DNA from: Callorhinchus milii
Lineage: Eukaryota
Length of the DNA: 40,647 bases
Direction of reading: 5' to 3'
NCBI RefSeq assembly: GCF_018977255.1
Contig: NW_024705484.1
Coordinates: forward strand, 1 to 40,647
Shown here: one piece after another, positions 13,301 through 26,734 of the stretch
How positions within the stretch are numbered: position 1 is the first letter of the stretch
Layout: the number at the start of each line of letters is the position of its first letter
Made by a program: the position numbers and the translations under genes
The notes under the pieces: generated by a model
What the model was told of the DNA's origin: nothing
The model's database searches: none
The model's input: the letters and a program-made list of their open reading frames with translations, nothing else

Positions 13301-16300
13301 CGCTTGTGGTCTTGGTTATGAGCAGCGCTTGATGACTCTCTTAACCAACCGCTCCCTAATATGCTCGTGGCATTCTTTAACTTTAGAAGGTAAGTCATGT
13401 CCCGCCCTGTGCATGTTATCGGATCTCTCCCAGTGTTGTGGGCTCCTAACGCCCTCTAATATCGACGGTGTGTCTGTTCCTAGGCACAGGCTAATGTCTC
13501 ATGGAACTATCAAGGTTTGCGAGGAGTTTCGTGACGGCCAAGTATTTTGCAATAGTTCTATGGGAAACGATATCTGTATGTATAGGCAGGTTTTAGCCAC
13601 ACCCAGGAAGGAACCCACCAATATAGGGGTTCCTTGTGCTGAAGCCAAATACAGCATGAGCTCGTTGGGTGGTCCATCGGTTGATTAAACATGGATTAAG
13701 GATTAATGCATCACGATGCCATGTTTTTTGACCCATGTCATGTGTGGGGCGACATAATGAGGACCCCCCTCCGAGTAAGCACGAGCTTGTGGGCTGCGGT
13801 CAGATCATCATGGCAGGATCAGCCGGCGTACAACTCTAAAAAGTTCATTCAAGGCGGACATTTCGACAATTGCAATGCCCCCAATATCGCACGTTGGAGT
13901 GGGATTCGCTCACTTCCGCAATGCCGCAGTATTGTAGCCTGCTTAAATGCAACAGGCATTATGACCACCCTACAGTTAGGACTCTGGTGTCTTTGTAATC
14001 ACTCTCCTTCTTCTCTCAGGAGTATAGGCTATAGTTTTAATCCTGAACGGAAACTTAAGTGGGCCCCCTTCTTTCACCAGTGCCATACCCGTTTGATTGC
14101 AGGCCTAGTACATGACGTTTGCTTTTCTTACCCCCGCTAGAGACCCAGTAACCAAAGGGAGTTCAGCATACTGTAATGTTTCAGTCTGATTCATCGTGCA
14201 CTACTCTATCCGGTCAGCTTGGTTTATAGTCGCGGAGTGTTATATGCTCCTCCTTACAAATCTCCCCTATACAGGACATTGCACGCTGAAACTTGACATT
14301 CACGCGCATGCTCTAGCGATCTTCATGCATAGCGCTATTAGAACGGCAATTAAAGTTAATGGGAAATCTATTTTTACGCGCTACGTTGCGGCGAATATGA
14401 CTCGCGATCCTGTAGAATTCCCCCAGTTATCACGGAGTTAGCGGCGCAACAGGTCGCGTCTTGGGAATTGCAATACCATGGCTTTTTTAACAGCTGCAGC
14501 ATTAGAATCTCCGACATCGCGTAGGGTAGAAGTTTTAGGATCCCGCTAGCTGAGAAAAGAACCCCAATGAGGCAACCGGAATAGAAGCATCAAAGTGGGT
14601 CATTCGCTAGGTGACGGTCGGAATACGGTGGACCTGCCGGGGAGAAGGAATTATATTGGTTACGCAGGTGGCTGTTACCCAGGTCCTGAGGGTTTCCTGA
14701 CGATTCCTGCACGAATGTCTTCAACCCATGTATTAGTTACGGCCGCGCGTTAAAAAACGCTAGCAATCTGTAATGTGAACTGTTTGCGTCTGAATTAATC
14801 TGGAAAAGTGGTCGAGCCTCAAGTTTTCTGCGCTTCATTACGGAATCGCCGCGAATTTTCAAAAGTCCCTCCTACCGGTTATCCACACTGGCTGGAACAC
14901 AGTCACATATTGTCGTCCTCTTAGAAACCAGGTACAACCCTTTTTAAGCATTATCAAACCACCGTCACACCGAGTGGCCACCTGAGGATCCTAGTTGTGG
15001 CTGCTCTAGTCAGATATATATGATTAGTGCTCAACATGGAGTACTCGAAGACGACACTGTCGGTCAATGGACCAGCTGCGAGACGAATTAATGAAGTCTC
15101 GGGGCGCAGGCTATAGGAGGCCATAGCGAGCGATGGTTGAGTCCTATTTACTCGTAGGGAACCCTATCCAACCGGCCTGCAACTCCGCTGGAGAACGTTG
15201 GTCTGGTGGCGACACTCTCCAGGACATGATTAAAGCCTTTAGATACAACGCATGGGGTGATCAGAGTATTCCGGATCCTGCAGCTGTGGGAGTAGTGTGT
15301 AGTCATTATGTGTTGACACAGATAGAAAGAGGCCCGTAAGCACCATACACCAACTCGTGCACCACTGTAGAAATGACAATGCGGACATTAACACTGGAGC
15401 GGCGGAATGAAAGAGCTTCTCATATCAGCGCCCCTTAGCTCTGGTCAATCGTACGATGATCATCCGCGATGGGACTTGCCTCGCTGACTGGTTGGACTGT
15501 GCGCATAAAGCCCGTCGAAGATGACAGTTAGCAAACCCTTGAGAACAACCAGCCTCATATTAGCTCGCTAGAATGCCTCTAGACCCTCATTAGATTCGGC
15601 AATGGGATAGAATCCTAGGGAATGATGACGTGTACATAAAATTAAAGGGTCAATAAAATTAGTAGCGCCGATTAATATATTCGATATGGCATTTAAGCTT
15701 GGTCTGCTACATCTCATTAGGGTTCCTCAACGGCAACACCTTACAGAGCCGCCGCTTGTAAAACCGGTCCAACAAGTCGATAGGCTGTTGGCACAAACCA
15801 ACACCGCTTGCGACCCGCATAGCAAACCTGAAAGTTGCTGAAAGAGAGAGTGCAGAGAAAGATGACCGTGCAACGATGGTACCCTTCCGCACAGGTGTGT
15901 GTGCGCTTGCGGACATAAATTAAACCTGTTATACACGAAGACTTAAGGGTGCTCTGTAACTAATGCCATTGCACGGGTTTATGGGTTCTTCTAATGCCAA
16001 GGTGTGGCGGCAACGGAACAGGGAAGCCCACTCTACCCATAGGCCTGAGCTACCGGTTGAATAGCAAAGTCACGGTTGCGTAACATTGTACGAGACTACG
16101 AAGAGACCAACACCATTGAGGCAGGGATAATTTCAACTAGTGAGAGAAGCGGGGGGGCAGACCACAGAGAGTCCTGGGAATTGTTAACTTTGAATCTCAC
16201 CACCCCAGCTAACAAACGCTAGTGTTGTGCATGTTACGGTGGTCCAAAGCAGAAAACCATTCGAAAGACTCGCGGAAGTTCTTCGCTGTCCAACTCCATA

Positions 16301-19300
16301 TCAATCCCGGGATTCATAATCGAAACCAGTATAGGTAAAACCGTTTTCCCAACTTTACGTGCCGACGTGTGTAACGGACCAGTCGGGATTTTATTCTATC
16401 ACAATTTCCCTAGAGTTCCGGACTGGAGAGTTATCCCCGAGGGTCGAGACATTTCTAAGCTTATGTGTTTAGACGTCTTTGCCTCAGCATAACAGTATCG
16501 TTCTAATTTGGTAACGATCCAACTTATTTATAATTCAGATTTCCACTGGACTAGGTGTTTGGATGTCACGAGTAGTGCTCCGGGGAACCCTAAGGCGATA
16601 GTTGTATAGGCGGGAAGAGGATCCAATCGGTACGGTACCCCGGATGGTTTGTCGTGAGTAAACATAGTTGTAGTAGTTTATAGACGGGTGCCCAGGGTGA
16701 CTGTCGTTAACCTTTCATCTATATATGACCGGGACTAAATGTTATCTCCAAGCCCGAAGTGATACACAGGTTTTAGGCAAGAGTCAACATTGCCCAGTTT
16801 AATTAATCGCCCCTTGACCACCGTATTAATAATAAGCAAAACGCAAATCTAGAAAAATTAGCATATGATACTAGATCTCATTGATCACGAATGGTTTCGT
16901 TCGTCGAATAACAAAAACCCAGGGACAGCGTAAGTAGGGCCGCCTACAACCGGTGAACGGATTATAACGTCACCGTTCTCATCACCCTCTACGTTCTTAT
17001 GAGCACCGCACCACAGGTCCAAACCTTAGCGCGTACGGGTTCAGCATCTTGAATAACAATACATATCAATCACAAATATGTCAAGGCACTTTCAGGTTCT
17101 ATGGCCTCCCAAACCGGATTTAATGGGACCTGCCCATACGATTAAGCCCCATCTCCGGTCCGACTCTTTATCAGCATAAAACGTATAGCGACGCTATAGC
17201 CCTCGTGGTCCAGCCTAACAAGTCATAGGCTGCCTCCAAGTGCGGTATAATCGAGCCTCACATACTAGGGCTGTCCCATAGATTGAACGCGACTCTTTGG
17301 TGACAATTGGCTTTAGGTCCCATGTCGCAGTGAAGGCTGTACCCTTATCGGTACACACTAGCAGTAACCTGCAGTTCGTATGCCCGTTTCGCTGTGCGGT
17401 TGAGGGGGTCCCCCACACGTGGCGCCCGCGTAGCCTAGCATGCCCAGACGCATGGGATACGTTAACGATTACGTTCTCAGGTACGCAAACGAAGAGAAAC
17501 CGTCAGTTGTTGTCCCCGATCGTCCCAACGAGGATCGAGCAAACATTCATAGTCGTGGAAGGGACGGCAGCCAGCTCCGGTTTTTCCGGGGGATGTAAGC
17601 CCAAAGCTGGATCGTTAGTATCCACGTAGAAGTAGCGTCATGCCAGTTATGTGAGCTTATACTCGTATAATGATTCGATGATAACTGCCAAAAATTTCCA
17701 GAGCTGCGCAATCAGGATAGTATGGACTATGAATACCGGGAAGTTATCCATAGGATGAGACGTCTGGAAGGTTAACACTTGGTGGACGCGGGGTGACAAT
17801 AATGATCAAGCATTGATACGTGCAAACTTTACTCTTAGGCTCGATTCCTTGCGACAGAAAGAATGGTGTTCGGGTGAGTGGGTGACGCGCAGAGCATCGG
17901 AGTCGTCGTGTCGATTCCTCATTGTAGCTTAAGAGGGCGCAGCCCTCAGAGGCAGGACAGAACTCGTCGACTCATTAATTCTCGACCTTCTACTCTTCTT
18001 TTAAATTACAGATTCATTGTCCTTACTGCCGAAAAGCTGCTCCCAACACGGTATCAGGTCAATTAAAACAGGATCTATCTTGATTGGCGAAAATCACATC
18101 AAGGGTTCCTAAGAGCTCCAGCTCAGCTACTGAATGTATTTACAGGAGACGGGACCGTACAACTTAACGCGAATAGTGTTCCAATTTTAGAACAACTGAC
18201 TTGATTGAAACGCCGTATCTCTCGACCGGGACTGCGACCGATTAATGAGGGTCACGTGTAATCCCCTGGATGCAGCTTGTGAAGACTTAATATCTTAGGT
18301 AAGAGTGCGCCTTCCAATGAATCATCGGGTATTATACTTCGATCATCCGAGTTAATGAACTTCTTTCGATTCTACACGATGACCTGCATGAGGAATCTAA
18401 CCGCAAACGTCCAGTTGATAGCGTAAACACACGAACGAGCCTGAATTATACGCGATCGCTGAGCCATGTGTGCTTTGCATCCACAGGCCCACTGGTTAGG
18501 TTGCTTGGTCCAACGATCTCACTAGGACCGGTTCAGGGGAATCGTCGCTAGTACATTTAACTTCCGAAATACGCTTTACCTATGGGAAGTACGGATATGT
18601 CAGTAGTACACTTAACTGGGCCAGGATCTTAGGGCACCGGCAATCGGAAGTTCATCATATTCGGCCGCCCGAGAACACTGCGTACTAAGGCTTTTTCACT
18701 CAAATCTAAGGAACGCAAGGTTAGGTGCCACCCGGTTATCGAATGAATTACTATTTGAACCGAACTAACCAGAGCAAAACTTCGACCCGGTTCCGGAGCT
18801 AACCCCTAACTCAGGCTCTGGCATAGAAGCGGCCTAACTATAGTTATGACCGTACCATACGTTAGCCGGGACGCAGTAATGTCTCCGCTGCAGTCTTTGT
18901 CCATATGCTACCGGGTTTGCAGTACTAGCGTTAAAGGTAGGTGCGTGAACCCATGAGTTTTCCGCGACTTTGCCGGCTTGCGCAAATAACAGCTCACATT
19001 AGATACGACCGCCATCAAATGCCTGAGGTGATAGATCGTTGATTATCATCGAGGGACGCGGTTACAATGACAGGTAGACATGTTCAAATAGGTTAGATTT
19101 TATCGGTTGTTGCGATCGCGACCGGGAGAATGCTAAATATCCGTGAATCGCCATGCCACGTAAGAACTCGGGCCGTCCGTATTACTCTTTATCTATTGGC
19201 ACGGTTTCGCCGCCACTGGACGATGTTAATAGATGGATAAGGGGGTTGCTAATCACAAGGGACAATTTATTAGACGTAATGTGCGGGATAACTGATAGTA

Positions 19301-22300
19301 TATGACTAGTGGGGAGGCCATGTTCTTTGTATTAAAAGGGTCTACGAATTGCGCCCGGCGGCGAGATGCAAGCTACCTTGCGGTGCGCGAGACTGAAAAG
19401 GTTGTGGGTATTTTGCTGAGTCATGGATAACAAAAGATAATGTCTTCCACGTATTGAGTTCCGTAGATCACGACGCTTCAGGACCCCGGGCAACGTCTCT
19501 ACCAAATTGCCAGTTAACTTGACTAGCAGTAAACGACCTGTATGGTGGATATGAGTAGATAGCACTGTGGTGTACTGCGGAGGACTCACCGAGATGCGTC
19601 TAGGTTAAGTGACAGCTAACGCTGTTTTAACACAGGACTCTGTCAACGTAGCCGATCTACATCGGGGAAATACAGACCCGCATTACCCTCAGTGCCATCA
19701 TGGGGCTTCCCGCAGGGTGGAAGAGTGGACTCCAAGATCCATGGAACCGCCTTGACAACAAAGATCCAGGTCATTAGAATGTCGCTGTAACTCTGCAGAT
19801 TCACGACATAATAGCGCAGGCGCATTGCCTGAATACCGTATTTGTGAAATGATGTATTTGAATATTGGACTAAGAATTGTAGGGAGTATGCTTATGTCGC
19901 AACTCCCTTCAGTAAAGGCTGGGTCATGAGTAGGAATTTAATCGTAAATATGATGTCACGTTACAATGAGAGGAGTCCCTTAATACGTTTTATTAACGGC
20001 TTTGTTTTAGCTATATGTATTCTGAGAGACGGGGTGGCGGATGTCCGATCACGGGACGTTTGGATACAATTGGTCCGGCGCCCTGATGCTGTCGAAGCAT
20101 CCATTCGTCCAGGTTCTGCATGATGAGAATGGAAAGGTACTAGCTTAGGGGGGGTTATAGCGCGTCCGCCAAAGGTATCGTGCACCGTGCTAAGAAGAAA
20201 ATAACGATAGCAGGGAAGTTATTAGAACGTTAGTCTGGGTCATAGCCCGTCTGCATTCACGGGGATGATAGGTTGAACCGAGACGAGCACCGACTATCGT
20301 GGAGTTACACGGCCTTTGTAAAGACTGTGTCCCATATATCGCATCATGTAATCGAACACCGAGACGAGAATCTGGTTTTGCGCGAGGCACGTGGCATGGC
20401 CTGTTGTTCACCTTACAGGAAAGCGGCTAGCATGCGTACAATAATGGGCACCCGTACTACTCTAGCGATTATATCTAAATCTACCCTTCCGGGATGGAAG
20501 TCGTGAAAACACAGCAGTTCCAATGTGATTAATACTGATAATTGTGGAGTACTGGTAGTGTATAGATGCCCTAAGCATACAGTTACCCAGTGTATGGATG
20601 TAAGTACCAGTGGTCGCGTTGCCTTTTCTTCTATGGTAATTGTTAATTTACTGGTGCAACTACGCATGACGAGACGCCAGGCTCAATTATAACATTAATT
20701 ACCGCTTAACAACATGTCTAGCATGGACGAAGATCGTGAACCTTCTCAACAACAAGGCCCCTCTACACTACTTAATAACGTCGTGTGATGCCTGTTGCCC
20801 ACATGCCCATATGGCATGGCAGGCTAAGTGGAACCGCTCGTGCTTCTACCGCCCGTCTGATGGATGGCGCCGCTTATCTGGGTCAGCCGCGTGTGAGTGA
20901 ACTACAGTCTCTCATTCGGCTGGCGCCGGCCAGTTCCAAACTCGGAAGAGAAAGTGAGATTGCCATCGGCGATTAGCTTCGCCTTAACTGCGCCAGTCCG
21001 GACACGAATCAATGATTGGTGTGCAGCGTGTCTCGGACGCCGAATCAGTAGGTCTAAGAGTGCATTGGGTTCAAGCTGTGACCGACGGTGTATGGCGACG
21101 GTTCGGTTGATTTATAGCCATCGCGATACACGTATCCGGCACCTTCTCAGCTTCGACCATTTCTGAGGATATACACGGCCTAGGGCTCAGCTTACCAGTA
21201 ATTTCCGTAGGAATAACGTTAGGGGTCGCAATGCGTTAAGTCCAGTGTACGAAGGACAGCAGACACTGTGGTACCGAGAGGCTAGTATCTCTGAAGGTGG
21301 AAAAGGCGCGGTGAAGATCGTAACCTGGCTGAGTCTGAGACCCTGAGATGTGTTAAGCCTCGGTAAGGATACATGTGATCCACTGTCGTCCATAAGGTGA
21401 CCTAGTTAGTCCGGCTCAGTTTCAGGTCACACTGATAGACTACCAAAATATTACGTGGGAAGCTGACTCCTCAGAGAAAACCGAAAAGCAGCGCGGACAT
21501 TCGTGAACCCGTATGACACGCGATGGAGGAACCGCTATATGATAGTATTCATCTTTCTAAAGTTCTGCGGACCCCAACACGATAAGGCCTTCGCCTTGGC
21601 GTGTAACCGTCTTCGCCTTTGATCGACGCGCGTGAAGTACGACGGCTGGAGTCTATATACGGAGTTCGTACACTCCTGTCATCCATCGGCAGAAATTATG
21701 TCTAACCGAAGCACAGGATACCTGTGTAAAGACTCCAGCAGGGCCGCTACTCCGACCTGCAAGGTATTGGCGTTGCTATAATGGGCGACATTGTCCGTAC
21801 TCATACTGGCCGTCCACTGATCGCCGGTTCGTGTGCCGAGCATAACGATCTCTTAATGAGCTATGGCCGGTCTCTCACTGTTACGTCCTAAGACCGATCG
21901 TTTACCTATAACGGCACGTTTTGGATAGTAGGATATACGCCTAGGTAGCAAGACACAAGCGTATGTAACACATGTGCTGTCCAAGCGGGGTTAAGTCCCA
22001 AGAGTCGTCGATTCTTATGTAGCACGCAGGTCTCTTCTAGCGCCAATTCGTATAGTGAAGTCCTCCATACATGATTACTTTTCTTTATCTGGCAATGGCA
22101 CTCAAGATCGCAAGTGTCTGAATGAGCTACTGCCGTGTAACCTTTGGCGGGCCGTATGCGCACTCCACTTAAGCTGATAGACGTGATCAATTGGGGATGC
22201 CAGATTAGGCCGTCGCGGGCCACTTCAAGATCTACCGGCCCGGTGATTTGGGGATGTAACTAACCGGAAGCCCGGGGGCGGGGAGTGACCCTACGTCCGT

Positions 22301-22880
22301 CGTTGACGCCTTTTCAGTCTTGTACAGTCTGACGTCGTGCTCAAGATGGTGTCAAAGTTGTCGCGTCCATATCCTGAATAAGGGCCTCGTTATGGTCGGC
22401 GTTCATTCATACTAAGTAATCATATGGAACAGAGTTGCGTTCCGGGACTGTAATGCCGCGGGACGGGAGGGGCAGCAATCTACCAGATGGTCAGACGCCT
22501 TTAGATTAATCAAATAAGACTGTCGCAAATAATGTTTGCCCGATATCGTTAGATCGTTTGGTACCGTTCTCTCGAACATGGGAGGGACGGGAATTTGTTA
22601 TACAGTACAAGGGGTACGGGTAGTCGAGACTCTTTGCCAGCGCTTCGTGGGTCTAGTGCGCCGTTACGTCTGCAATGAAACCATCGGCCCCAGGAGGCCT
22701 TGACTCGTCTATGCGTTACCGGGCTAAAAGGTGCACCCGGGCTCGGTTTATGAGTGAAGGTTCGAGTCCCGTATCGTGGTGGGAGACTGGTAATTAGGTC
22801 CCTGGCGACCTCTGAGTGTGACCCCCGGTAAGCATCCCTTATTATGTATGGGGTAGCTGAATAAAACCGAAGTTGCGCGT
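4341..22880. other. Featureless random-like sequence
   Basis: Roughly even base use, and no microsatellites, repeats or recognisable coding motifs that I could find. Longest ORF is 166 aa. Sharp contrast with both flanks. Confidence 0.75.
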
Positions 22881-22884
22881 AGTC

Positions 22885-23738
22885 ATGGACAATAGCACGG
22901 GTAATATATATATGCAAGGAGACAGAATAAAGATTCGTGGACGACATAGATCTAATGGAAAATAAGATGCATAGTCTTGCAGAAAAGTGTTCATACGCTC
23001 AATAAGTTAGGAAAGGATGCAAGACTGAGGATTAACGTGGAAAATAAAAGGCAAAGACAATGGTGTTCTGAAGGGATACATTGAGAAAGAAGCAATAATA
23101 CAAAGCAGCAAGATTGTGAATGTAAAGGAACTTGTATTCCTTGGGACATCTACTGACATGGAACAATGACTACACTAAAGACGCAATAAGAGCGAGAATC
23201 GCAAAGGCAAAATGATTAATGGCAGGATTTAATAACATCTGGAGAAGCAAGAAAATCGGCTACAAGAACAAACTGAACATCATAAGAACATGTGTGTTCA
23301 ATACAGCTTTGTATGCTTGCGAGACTTGGACATTAACAGATATTGACAGACATAAGATATTGGTACTCGAAATGTATTGCTATAGAAGGATACTGCATCT
23401 AAGCTGAACCCAAAGAGTGACCAATGTAGAAGTAAGAAAAATATGGCACACAGAAGAAGACCTGATGATGCAGCAATGATAAGGAAACTGGCACTACACA
23501 TATGTAGTATGGAAAACAACAGGCAAATGAAAACTATTTTGTTGTTCAGAAATATGGAAGGAACCGGAAAGAGAGTTAGACCTCACAGAGAATGGATTGA
23601 CATTAAAGATTGGTACCAGAAAGATGTGGCACTACTAGAGCATATTGATAAGACAGAGAGAGGAAAGTGGAAACCAATGACGACATGGGCAGTAGACACC
23701 TACTACGGGCTATCTGCCCATGAATCGTCATGATGATG
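22885..23738 (+). mobile_element. RTE-clade LINE, degenerate RT C-terminal part to 3' end
   Basis: QGDRI..RFVDDIDL (FADD-type motif at 22931), LRINVE, IWRSKKIGYKNKL..LYACETWTL..EMYCYRRIL, GKRVRPHREWID. Multiple frameshifts; ends in tgatgatg. Confidence 0.85.
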
Positions 23739-23952
23739 TTCACCAGGTAGGGCAGTGGTGGTGTGGTGGTCATCAAACTGTGTGGTGAGTCATTTATGAA
23801 TGGGTGCTGGGCTGTCTTCACCAACCCACATTGACCAGCATGGTAATGTATTGTTAAGCAATCTGCTAGCATGAAGGTTGTGGCAAGGCCTCAATGTTAC
23901 ACTGGTTTAACAAAGGGTATAATTTATCCATAAGAGTGCTTTTTAGTACATG

Positions 23953-24434
23953 TGTAGTGTAATAGTGCCGGCTGGTGGACAGCGGCGGAAACTGAGGTGG
24001 ACAAACAGTAAACACGCCGATGAGGGTGTGCACGGTGTGTTGGCAGAGAGAAAGAACTCAGGCAAGGGTCATGGAGGACCCCATCTGGACGCCCCTGGAA
24101 CCTGCTAGCAGGTTTGAGAAGGGAGGTGCGGTCAGGGCGGAGCCAGGCCGCTCTGAGAGCATAAAAGGAGCCGAGAGTGGGGTCTCGGGGCTGCCGGTTC
24201 TGGGAGTGGACTTGTCTCGTTGTTGCTGTCAATTCGTTGCCGTCATCACTGCCGTCTTCACTAGATATTGCGCTGCTAAAAGTTGTTGGCTCAGTCGGCA
24301 TGGTCAGTGTTTGACCGTTAGTGTTGTGTACAGGGTAGGCTAAGCAACTGTGGAGAGTGTGTGGACAAAACTGTGGAAGTTGATAAACAAAAGGTGCCTC
24401 CTACGAACCTTGTCTCCGAATCATTGAAACTACA
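23953..24434 (+). mobile_element. Solo LTR
   Basis: TGTAGT..ACTACA termini, flanks catg/aatg (imperfect 4-bp TSD), internal ataaaa. Confidence 0.7.
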
Positions 24435-24616
24435 AATGCACAATGTACATACATGATATATATCTTGTGTGTTGATTAACTGTGAATAACCCAACCAATA
24501 GTAGATATCAATTGTAATTTATATAAATACACGAACCCCATCCCCTGGTCTCCGAACCTGATTGGCTCACAAGTGATGACATCGCATTTATTTCTTTATT
24601 TAAGAACAATTCTGGC

Positions 24617-24661
24617 TGTGGCCTGATGAAGCTGGTTGCAATTACCGGTGAAATGTCATAC
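24617..24661 (+). ncRNA. Degenerate minimal hammerhead ribozyme
   Basis: CUGAUGA-A-GCUGGU-UGCAAUU-ACCGGU-GAAAU-GUC. Stem II pairs with wobbles, GAAAC has become GAAAU (consistent with CpG decay), and stem I is poor. Confidence 0.6.
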
Positions 24662-24924
24662 TCAAATTGTAAATGTTGTGGGTTTCCTCTCCAACACACC
24701 GGTTTGCTGAACTAGTAATATCTAATTGGCATGTTTTGTTTATGTAACAAACCTTACAAATTGGCGGTGTTGGGTGGTGGTGGGTTTAATGACATTCATA
24801 TTGTCACGATCTAACTCCAAAAAAACCTCTAATTTGAACAATAATAGTCGCAAAAGCCTAAGTGTTAACCTGGTGTAAATTATTATTACCATCACAAGGT
24901 GACTTGATGGAGGATATAAATCAA

Positions 24925-25312
24925 TATTTAGCAGGCCGGGGTGTAGCAATGCTCATGACACATTGCCAGGCAACTCTGTCCTGGGTTACACACCATGCTG
25001 AGTGCAGGCCGCCTAGATTATGATGCCTGAGATCGGCCTCAATCGTGCGCGTTCAGGTCAGCCTCGGCCTGCCCCTGGGCCACCTCCAATCCTGAGTAAG
25101 GCCATCAATGATTGCACACAGTGCTCTGGTGGAATCATCCAATGCGTCAGCCCTGCAATGTGTCCACAGAGCCAGATCCTCCTGGCTGTGACTGCTTCAG
25201 ACAGCAACTGTCATGCTGTTCATCGATGGACTCCGGTATTTGAGATACATTCGCAGAGTGAATGTGAAGTCTCCGTCGCAAGCAACACTGGTCAAATGCG
25301 TCCAGTTCTCTA
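24925..25312 (-). mobile_element. RTE-clade LINE 3' fragment
   Basis: Minus-strand peptides ELDAFDQCCLRRRLHI, RRIWLCGHIA and DWRWPRGRPRLT*TRTIEADL..QDRVAW. Confidence 0.8.
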
Positions 25313-25451
25313 TATGAGGATATGCCCTATTCTAGGTCATATATTTAGTTAGAATGTAAATCCATGCAGTTGATAACAAATAGGCTCAAACCCATTCCTT
25401 GCAGAAATGTTAAAAGTATACGCAATTGCATCAATATCGGTTGCCTTATAC

Positions 25452-25655
25452 CAGGAGTGGGGAACATTTTTTCTTCCAAGGGCCATTGGACATTTATAAC
25501 ATCATTCGCCGGCCATGCAAAAGTATCAACTTAAAGATTATCCCGTTATATTTGGTCAAAACATTTAATTAACTCACCCCTAATGTGATGGCTGGAACTG
25601 CCAAATAATTTCGCGAGTTTTATGCGGCCCGCGGGCCGGACGTTCCCCACCCCTG
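25452..25655. mobile_element. hAT (Charlie-like) MITE
   Basis: TIRs caggagtggggaac / gttccccacccctg; 8-bp TSD ccttatac / ccttatat. Confidence 0.85.
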
Positions 25656-26170
25656 CCTTATATGCACAACACCAAGATTCAGTCATTAATACATCACAAT
25701 GAATGCAAACTGAAATGCAAGTAAAACAAGTTTTAACATTCCATTACGTATGAATTGTCTATTGTATACTTGGGTGTGTGATGAAACAGTTTTCCCTGCG
25801 TTCCCTGTCATATATCTTCAAGTCAACTCTTGTGTTCTAGAATTAAAGAGCTAAGATTTTCTATGAAATTTTATCACAATCTTTACTTCTTTTAAGTGTT
25901 AGTTTTTAATCCAATGCACTTTTATATTATCAAACCCATAGAAAGTCATTCTATTTATCCCATATACAGCTTTGCAGTGGTACTAAAAATGTACTTGTTT
26001 GTTATAAACGTTACATTTTAAAATCCACATTCAAGCGGCAATATAAATAATGTATTGCTATTTCCAATGATACTGAAGGCCACTTGAATATACGGAGTTG
26101 TCCTCATAGAGAGAGTCACAGACTTTACGCAGGGTGGAGGCCACGAGATTACAGAGCCCACAGGTCGTAC

Positions 26171-26266
26171 CTGCACGTCTTTGCGAGTGGCCTTCATCTG
26201 TCCCACAGATGCCTCCGCTTTCTTCCTCTTCTCATCCACCGCTCGCGTCTCTTCTCCGACTCCACT
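26171..26266 (-). CDS. TRIM coding exon 2 (96 bp, start of coiled coil)
   Basis: Acceptor tctcttacag, 32 codons SGVGEETRAVDEKRKKAEASVGQMKATRKDVQ, donor CAG|gtac. Phase 0/0, and 96 bp is the characteristic second coding exon size of this TRIM class. Confidence 0.88.
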
Positions 26267-26734
26267 CTGTAAGAGACGAAGTCACCAGAGGGACTCCACT
26301 CCTTGAGCGGCTCCCTCTCAGCCCCACTCCACACAGAGCCCTCCACAGTGACAGCTCTAGAATTGCCCACCAGAAGAGTGCCAAGGAAGTCAGCCTGGAC
26401 TGACTTAACAGTCTGTAAGCAAGAAGGCACAGTGAAGAGAGAATAATAACTTCATGTTTTCTTTAATGCGATGTGGAAGTTGCGAATTTGTCAGCTCGTG
26501 TCCAGGTGTTGTAGAGGCCACAGCAGGGGACAGGGACATGATCGTTCAACACAATGGCTCTTCACTTCACGAGCAACATCCAAACATGACCTTCCTCCAG
26601 CACGGCTCACTCAAAAAGCCTCGACCCACCCTCCTCCTCCCTGCACTCAAACTCCTGTCCCTTCCTTTCCCTGCCAAAACCGAATGGCTACCTTGAACTG
26701 AAGCGATCCCATTCTCACACACTGAGGTACTCAC

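Noticed and set aside
13188..14441. Three consecutive plus-strand ORFs resembling an operon
   Set aside because: No recognisable motifs, no shared frame, and lengths plausible by chance in random-like sequence.
23461..23495. CTGATGA..GAAAC resembling a hammerhead
   Set aside because: No stem II pairing, and it lies inside RTE coding sequence.
26267..26412. Alternative acceptor ttcttgcttacag at 26413
   Set aside because: The resulting peptide is not coiled-coil-like and puts the 96-bp exon out of frame.
26567..26734. C-terminal extension of the 246-aa TRIM ORF
   Set aside because: Read-through past a canonical GTGAGT donor into the intron.
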